Source: Candidatus Bathyarchaeia archaeon
GTDB taxonomy: Archaea > Thermoproteota > Bathyarchaeia > Bathyarchaeales > Bathycorpusculaceae
Reading direction: 5' to 3'
Length of the DNA: 64,000 nucleotides
Assembly: GCA_049515895.1 (NCBI GenBank)
Contig: JBEKTQ010000012.1
Coordinates: 25,026 to 89,025 of the forward strand
Positions 58,326 to 64,000 of this stretch are shown here, in pieces. A program made the translations under genes and the position numbers. The number at the start of each line of letters is the position of its first letter. Positions within the stretch are counted from its first letter, which is position 1. The notes under the pieces are model-generated. The model saw only the letters and a program-made list of their open reading frames with translations. It made no database searches and was not told where the DNA came from.

Positions 58326-59540
58326 AAGCGCGCATAAGTGTTCATTAATTCTTTTTCAACCTATTTCTAAAAAATAGGCATAGAATTTGATTCGAATAAG
58401 CTTTTAGAGGTGAGAGTGCAAAGGGATAGCTGAACGAGCCTCAAAGGAGGTGATAAAACCGATTTGGACGGTTACCAACACCTTCCCCTTGACACTCTCA
58501 AACTTCTATTTTCCACCATCGATATAAGTATAACAGTAAAGCAAGTCGAGGCCCAGTACGTTAACTCAGGAAAAGGCAGACCTCGCTATCCGGTTCGCTC
58601 CATGCTCCTTGCGTTGATGTTCATGCGTTTTGAAGCCATACCAAGCGTGAGGAAGCTCTCCAGAAAACTCGAAAGAAGACATTACGCCAGAGAAATCTGC
58701 GAGTTTCAAGGCGACCAAGCCCCCAAACACAACACGTTTAGCCTCTTTATCAGCCGCGCAGGCCCAGAGACCATCGAAGGCCTATTCACAGAGCTCAGGG
58801 ACCAAGCCTTCACCATGAACATAGTAGACAAGAACGAATGTGTGAAGGTTAGATTAGACAGCACTTTCATGAAGGCGAATTCTAGGCGTGGACAGAGGGG
58901 AGGTAAAGGCGACCGCGGCGCGAGAGTCGGCAAGACAGATCGCAGAAACTTCGACGTCGGCTGGAGAGCCCATGCCGTCACATCCATGTCGGCTTTGCCG
59001 TTAACTTACGTTGTTAGGTCAGCAAATGTGAACGATAAGAAACCAGTTGAAGCGTTGCTTGGGCAATCGTGCAGTTTGCTTAAACATTTTGAAAAACGCG
59101 TCAGCCACGTCATTGCAGACAGGCAGTATTATTCAGCCGAGGTCTTTGCTGCAGTAGGGAAACGGAAGGCTCAACCAATCATTCCTTATCCGTCTGGCGT
59201 AAAGGATCCGTTGATTGATTTGTGGTTAACGAAGCGTTTCAAGGTTAAGGGCGATGCGAGGTTGGTTGAGCTTTACAGATTGAGGATGTCTGTTGAGAGA
59301 AGTTTTAGGGCTGGGAAACTTGAGTTGGAGATGAATAATCTGCGTTGGAGAGGAGTGGCAAAGATTCGGATGCATGTAGCAATCTGTTTTGCATGTATTT
59401 ATGCGGTAGCTATCGTGGCTCATAGTATAGGCAGACCGGAATTGGCAAATTGCATAGCAGCCTTCACTTACTAAACTTCAAAGAAGACGCTGTTTGCGAA
59501 ATTAAGCCCAAAATGAATTAATGACCAATTATGCGCGCTC
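58326..59540 (+). mobile_element. Insertion sequence (IS5/IS1182-like) with 26-bp TIRs
   Basis: AAGCGCGCATAAGTGTTCATTAATTC (58326-58351) vs reverse complement of 59515-59540 GAGCGCGCATAATTGGTCATTAATTC; no exact TSD seen. Confidence 0.85.
58464..59474 (+). CDS. DDE transposase
   Basis: GRPRYP, LDST, IADRQY, YRLRMSVERSF (YREK-like). Confidence 0.92.
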   Translation: MDGYQHLPLDTLKLLFSTIDISITVKQVEAQYVNSGKGRPRYPVRSMLLALMFMRFEAIPSVRKLSRKLERRHYAREICEFQGDQAPKHNTFSLFISRAGPETIEGLFTELRDQAFTMNIVDKNECVKVRLDSTFMKANSRRGQRGGKGDRGARVGKTDRRNFDVGWRAHAVTSMSALPLTYVVRSANVNDKKPVEALLGQSCSLLKHFEKRVSHVIADRQYYSAEVFAAVGKRKAQPIIPYPSGVKDPLIDLWLTKRFKVKGDARLVELYRLRMSVERSFRAGKLELEMNNLRWRGVAKIRMHVAICFACIYAVAIVAHSIGRPELANCIAAFTY

Positions 59541-59576
59541 TTAGAACAAAATGTTCTAAAAAAAGCGTTTGTACCA

Positions 59577-60059
59577 CTACTCTTTATACTCTTTATGCAT
59601 ATCTTTGAAATATTGCGCTTCATCTGCCAGTGGTTCTGCCTCTTTTTTGAACCAGGAAAGCGCGACGTCACCGTGCATTAGGTTCTTCATTTCAGCTTCA
59701 AGATTAGATGGCTTAATAATACATAACCAACCATCATCATATGGGTGGTGTTGAAATCCAGCCGCACCAGTTCTGCGTACAATTTCATTCACCTCTATGA
59801 TTTCACATGTCAACGGTGTGACGATAGGTCCTGTGTATTTTCGTGATTCTATGATACCAAGTTTACCACCATTCTGCTGTGCTTTTGATCCGACTGGCGA
59901 AACCTTGATAAAGAATATCTCGTGCGCCCCCTTGGCTACGATATCGTCAAAGCCAACTCTTGCATTTCCATCAGCTTCTATCTTAACCCAAACATGATCC
60001 TTCGAATAGTATAGTTCAGGACGAAATTCAAATCCGAAAGTTTCCGACATATGATACAC
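59577..60059 (-). CDS. gcvH: Glycine cleavage H-like lipoyl carrier protein
   Basis: YYSKDHVWV, IESRKY (lipoyl Lys), HPYDDGWL. Confidence 0.88.
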   Translation of the reverse strand: MYHMSETFGFEFRPELYYSKDHVWVKIEADGNARVGFDDIVAKGAHEIFFIKVSPVGSKAQQNGGKLGIIESRKYTGPIVTPLTCEIIEVNEIVRRTGAAGFQHHPYDDGWLCIIKPSNLEAEMKNLMHGDVALSWFKKEAEPLADEAQYFKDMHKEYKE

Positions 60060-60204
60060 CTAGCAATTTTTATTAAATGCAGCATCAGCCTTTTATATAT
60101 AATGTGAGTCGCTTAAGTAACAAACTGATATATGGCTATTGTTCAGATAGTTGTAGAACATTTGAACAGTTCAAAAAAGTGCTGATATGTTTGTAATATT
60201 GGCA

Positions 60205-60596
60205 GTGTCCTGTTTTAGATTTGTTAATAAAGTGCTTCTTATTTGTAGAGTATTATGACGCGCCCCAAGAAGCATTACTCCCATGACTTGTCAAAACACA
60301 CAGTGTAAATATTACCTGAAAGAAAAAGGAAAAGGCATCATCAAGCATGGAAAAAACCGAGCTGGCCACCAGCTCCACAAGTGCCTATACTGCGGCCACA
60401 TATTCTCCGAAACCATACTCATCTCGCTTTACCGCAAACGCCTCTCAGAAGTAGAAATCATAAGAGCAAACTCCTCGTCGAGAAAAATGGGATCCGATCC
60501 ATAGAACGAATCACCGGCCACCACCGCGACATCATAGGCAATCTGCTCGAAGACATGGCTGAGCACGCAGCGCGCTCGGCGAGTGATATGATTTGA
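60205..60596 (+). pseudogene. Truncated, frameshifted IS1-family transposase
   Basis: CQN..C...CLYC Zn ribbon; LVEKNGIRSIERITGHHRD HTH in another frame; GTGTCCTGTTTTAG end-like sequence. Confidence 0.7.
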
Positions 60597-60715
60597 TTGA
60601 TGACGGTTGAGGTTTTGTAGCCCACTTTGTCTGTGACGATTTTTGCGAAAAAGTCCGCGAAGCCCCATCCGATCATTGCTGTGATTGCTAGAAGGATTCC
60701 GTAGTCAAATGCCAT
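60580..60715 (-). pseudogene. 5' fragment of EamA/DMT transporter, cut by the IS1 remnant
   Basis: GILLAITAMIGWGFADFFAK then junction into IS sequence. Confidence 0.7.
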
Positions 60716-60837
60716 GGTTGAGTCTTGTCGTTTGCTTAGAATTCGGTTTGTCTAGGATTTAAGCTTAAATTTTTTGGTTTTGTTGGGTTGGTTGCATTAT
60801 TGTGGTTGTTTTTGCACTAAAATGAGGGTAGGGTCTA

Positions 60838-61218
60838 TCAGATGCTTATCTGGGTTTGTTTTGAGTTGGTTTTTTGGTTTAGGGCTTGATTTGGGTTTAG
60901 GCAGAAGTGAGGCTGTACGTTTGGTTGTTTTGTTTTTGGTCGATATCTTTTATTCGTTTGCTGATTACTTTTCTGAATATCCGGGTCATCTTCCGTGTGT
61001 TTTGCTTCATCCAAAAGTTGCGTTGCCACAGAAATGCTTTCTTTGCCGAAAATTTTTCCAAAATTGCTTGACCGTTTTTCCAGCAAGCGCAGATACCGGG
61101 GAAGTATACAGACGAAGTTTAACAGGTAATGTTTGCCCCTGTCTAAATCAACAACAAGCTGGATCGAGCTGTCCAGATTTTGGTTCCCTCTTTTTACAGC
61201 ATAAAGCTTTAGGTTCAT
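60838..61218 (-). CDS. Hypothetical protein (C-terminus probably frameshifted)
   Basis: ORF with low-complexity tail. Confidence 0.4.
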   Translation of the reverse strand: MNLKLYAVKRGNQNLDSSIQLVVDLDRGKHYLLNFVCILPRYLRLLEKRSSNFGKIFGKESISVATQLLDEAKHTEDDPDIQKSNQQTNKRYRPKTKQPNVQPHFCLNPNQALNQKTNSKQTQISI

Positions 61219-61419
61219 TTATCCCACCAATTCCTGAGTCCTAACTTGAAGTTTATGCTTACTACAAATTTGACTCTCGGTACAATCTTTTAGTTTCTAA
61301 TTCATACTGAAGATTTTGCGTTTTTATATTCCTAGCATGCGGTAGAAGGTTTCAGGCTTGGCTTTATGCTTAAACTTTTGAAAAATCCAATTTACCAATT
61401 TATAATTTTTCGTGAACAT

Positions 61420-62530
61420 TGCTTCTTTACCCACGGCAGACATCGCCCAAAGTTGCAAGCTTCCTAGCCAGTCATCCATCAGTTTCAATGACGCGCGTTC
61501 TCAGAATAGTTAGAAGCGTATGTACACAGAAAACCAGGTGCCAGTGTATAATGGCTCCTCGGCCACTGCGCATCTGATACGCCTCCAACCTCAAATTCTG
61601 CTTAACATCCCTATAAAACTCATCTATCCTATGCCTCACCTTATACGCCAGCAAAACCTGCCTGCCAGAGTAATCAAACCTGTTGGAAACGTAGAAGTGA
61701 AAGCCCTCCGTCTCCCTGCAAACAACTAACCGTACATCTCCAACCTTCGGCATCCAAACCTTCAACGCGCAAAGCAGGTAATCCTTGGCATTTACTGTGA
61801 CCTTTTTGAATCATTCATAACTTAACTTCTTTGCCAGATCCGTAACGTTGATCTTCTCTCCCTTGTAGTGGACTATTCTATTGGAGTCTGCTCGAGTTAC
61901 CCAATCCCACCTTCGTGCTCTGACGGCATCAATTAACTGGTGGCAGAAAAACCAGCAGTCGAAATCAGCCATAATCCTAACGCCTTCTGGAACCTCGAAA
62001 GCTTGGATTTGTTCCACCGCCAACTGAATCTTGGTCTTGAACTCAGTACCCTTTTGCTGGCAAGTTTCCTTCCTCACGTAAAGAGAAAGACCCACCGATA
62101 TTCAGCAGCGGTTCCATTGACATAATGGGTTGTGACTATGTCATGACCCCAAACTGACTTGCCTATTTTGCTGTCAAAAGGGTATCCTGCATCTTCCATG
62201 TGCTTTCCGGTCTTGTCGTTGATGGTGTCATCTATCAAAAAGTAGCCTTGGGGGTTTTGGGAAGCATGCAGGTACTGGTTGGCTAAGGATAATAGTTTGT
62301 TTTGTATTGTTTGCAGGTTTTATGGTGATTGGGTTAGGAAGCGGTTCAGGCTGCTTTGGTGTTTGGTCTCCATAAAGGTTCGGTTTATGGCTTGTATGTT
62401 TTTCTTGCCTTCACAGGTCACTAAGCCCATGGTGTAGGTTGAGTAAGTTTTGGAATTGAGACTTACTGAGGCAAGGCCGATATTTTTCCAAGAGCTCATC
62501 CATAACGTCTACAACTGGGAAAACCAGCAT
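61420..62530 (-). pseudogene. IS701-like transposase pseudogene
   Basis: Fragments IDDTINDKTGKHME, DFDCWF, YKVRHRIDEFYRDVKQ in different frames. Confidence 0.8.
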
Positions 62531-62658
62531 TTTGAGACTCCTCCGCTAAACCTGACTACCATTAAGTCCCTAACAGCAAATAAGCTTTAAATTGTCACTA
62601 AATCAAAAAACGCAAAATTTCAGTCTATAATTAAAAAAAATAAAAAAGGAAGCTTAGT

Positions 62659-63776
62659 TTATTGTTTTTGCTCAACTGTTTCGGTTATTTTGTACCTTCT
62701 TAACAACGCCACAAATATTATATCCAATACTAATCCTATTGCTATAATTCCGGCGAGTGAAAACCAAGTTATTTGATAACCCGCATATGTAATACCAGCT
62801 ATTCCCAAGATTGAACCGCCAATTAAAGGTAGCAGTACTTGGCCAGCGCTTTGGAATGTCTGCATTACTAGCGTAGAAGTCATTGTAACCTCACGTGGCA
62901 CACGCTTCAATATTTCACTTGCGAAAAATGGGAATGTTCCTATAGTAAAACAGTCTGAAAAAGCAAATAAACCAAATAGGGCAATAATTGCACCAGTGTG
63001 ACCAAAAGAACTTACGAATGCCGTTATTATAAAGGTGAGTAATGATAAAGCGGTATAAAGAATAATTGCTACTTTGGCACCTAGTTTTTTAAGCACTGTT
63101 GAAGCAGTACTTCCAGCGATAATTGCTCCGATACAATTTGGTATGAAAATATATCCAAGGTCTGCAATTGGCAAGCCAACGAATGGTTGGATCGCGAAAG
63201 TTGCACATAAACCGGCGAAAGTGGCTGCCGCTCCATAGAGAATGATCATTACTAGACCGGCAATCAATATCAGCGGGTTTTTGAAAACTTTAACAAAAAT
63301 ACCCGGAGGCAGTTTAGCACTTGTCTTGGCAATCGTAAGTTTGACAGGAAGAATAGTTACCGCACCCAATGCCCCAAAGACTACCATTGCAATGAAATTC
63401 CCATGGATACCTGCACCTGCACTATAGATAAAAGGACCTGTGCCATATGCAACTAATGCACCTGTCGAGGCCGCCGCAACGAAATAACCTATAGCGCTAC
63501 TTCTATGTTCGGGAGCCATCGCAAGAACAGCCATGCCTGCAGTAAGCAAAAACATCATGAGTCCAAAACCAGAAACTATCCTGAACGCGTATATGAGTGG
63601 CCAAGAAGTCGTGGACAAAAGACCAAGACCAGAGATCATAAGCGCAGCGCATCCGATGAGTACTAAAGGTGAGAAACCGTCATAAAAAAGGCTGACAACA
63701 AAATCAAAATAACGTTTCGATTAAACCGCGAAGTTTTTGGTTTTCCATTTTCATTTTCTTGTTTAATTTCGCTCAT
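62659..63776 (-). pseudogene. MFS transporter with internal deletion/frameshift near 63665
   Basis: MSEIKQ...ILILLSAFFMTVSHL* from ATG 63776 is out of frame with the 326-aa MFS body (FRIVSGFG). Confidence 0.7.
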
Positions 63777-64000
63777 AGATAACCTCTCTCCTGTAGCGCG
63801 CGCCTGATCCTTTACGACAGACGGATTTTTTTATAAAATATTGTATGTATGCGAACTTACAGATAAATTTCAAAGGTAAGCGCGCGTGGTTGTTGAGACC
63901 GTGTGAAAAAGTTTTTTCCGTTAATGGCAGGTGACCGTTAGCCTTAAATCTAGACTAGCTTTAAAGCAACTAATGAGCCATGAGCGAACACGTAGAAGGC

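Overview
Archaeal DNA. The gene families, TATA/GAGGTG signals and a CCA-less tRNA point to Bathyarchaeia or a relative (inference). 1-13.3 kb is a surface-glycosylation cluster (GT2s, AsnB-type amidotransferase, NDP-sugar synthase, DUF1616). 14-18 kb holds a 1222-aa alpha-solenoid protein. About 18.5-47.2 kb is an accessory island ending at an integrase next to the 3' end of tRNA-Ser(GCT). It carries about seven PD-(D/E)XK nucleases, an R-M pair, TcmP/DUF5131, a RelE/AbrB pair and a tail-to-tail pair of paralogous tyrosine recombinases. It also has a surface module with a membrane-anchored protein closely resembling the catalytic core of eukaryotic peptide:N-glycanase, and a 2.1-kb segment bounded by inverted copies of a promoter/RBS/N-terminus module. 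About 49.2-58.2 kb is a second integrase-led element with a tail-to-tail pair of IS6-like DDE enzymes. The window ends with an IS, gcvH and decayed IS/transporter pseudogenes. All family assignments are from motif recognition by eye; no database searches were run.
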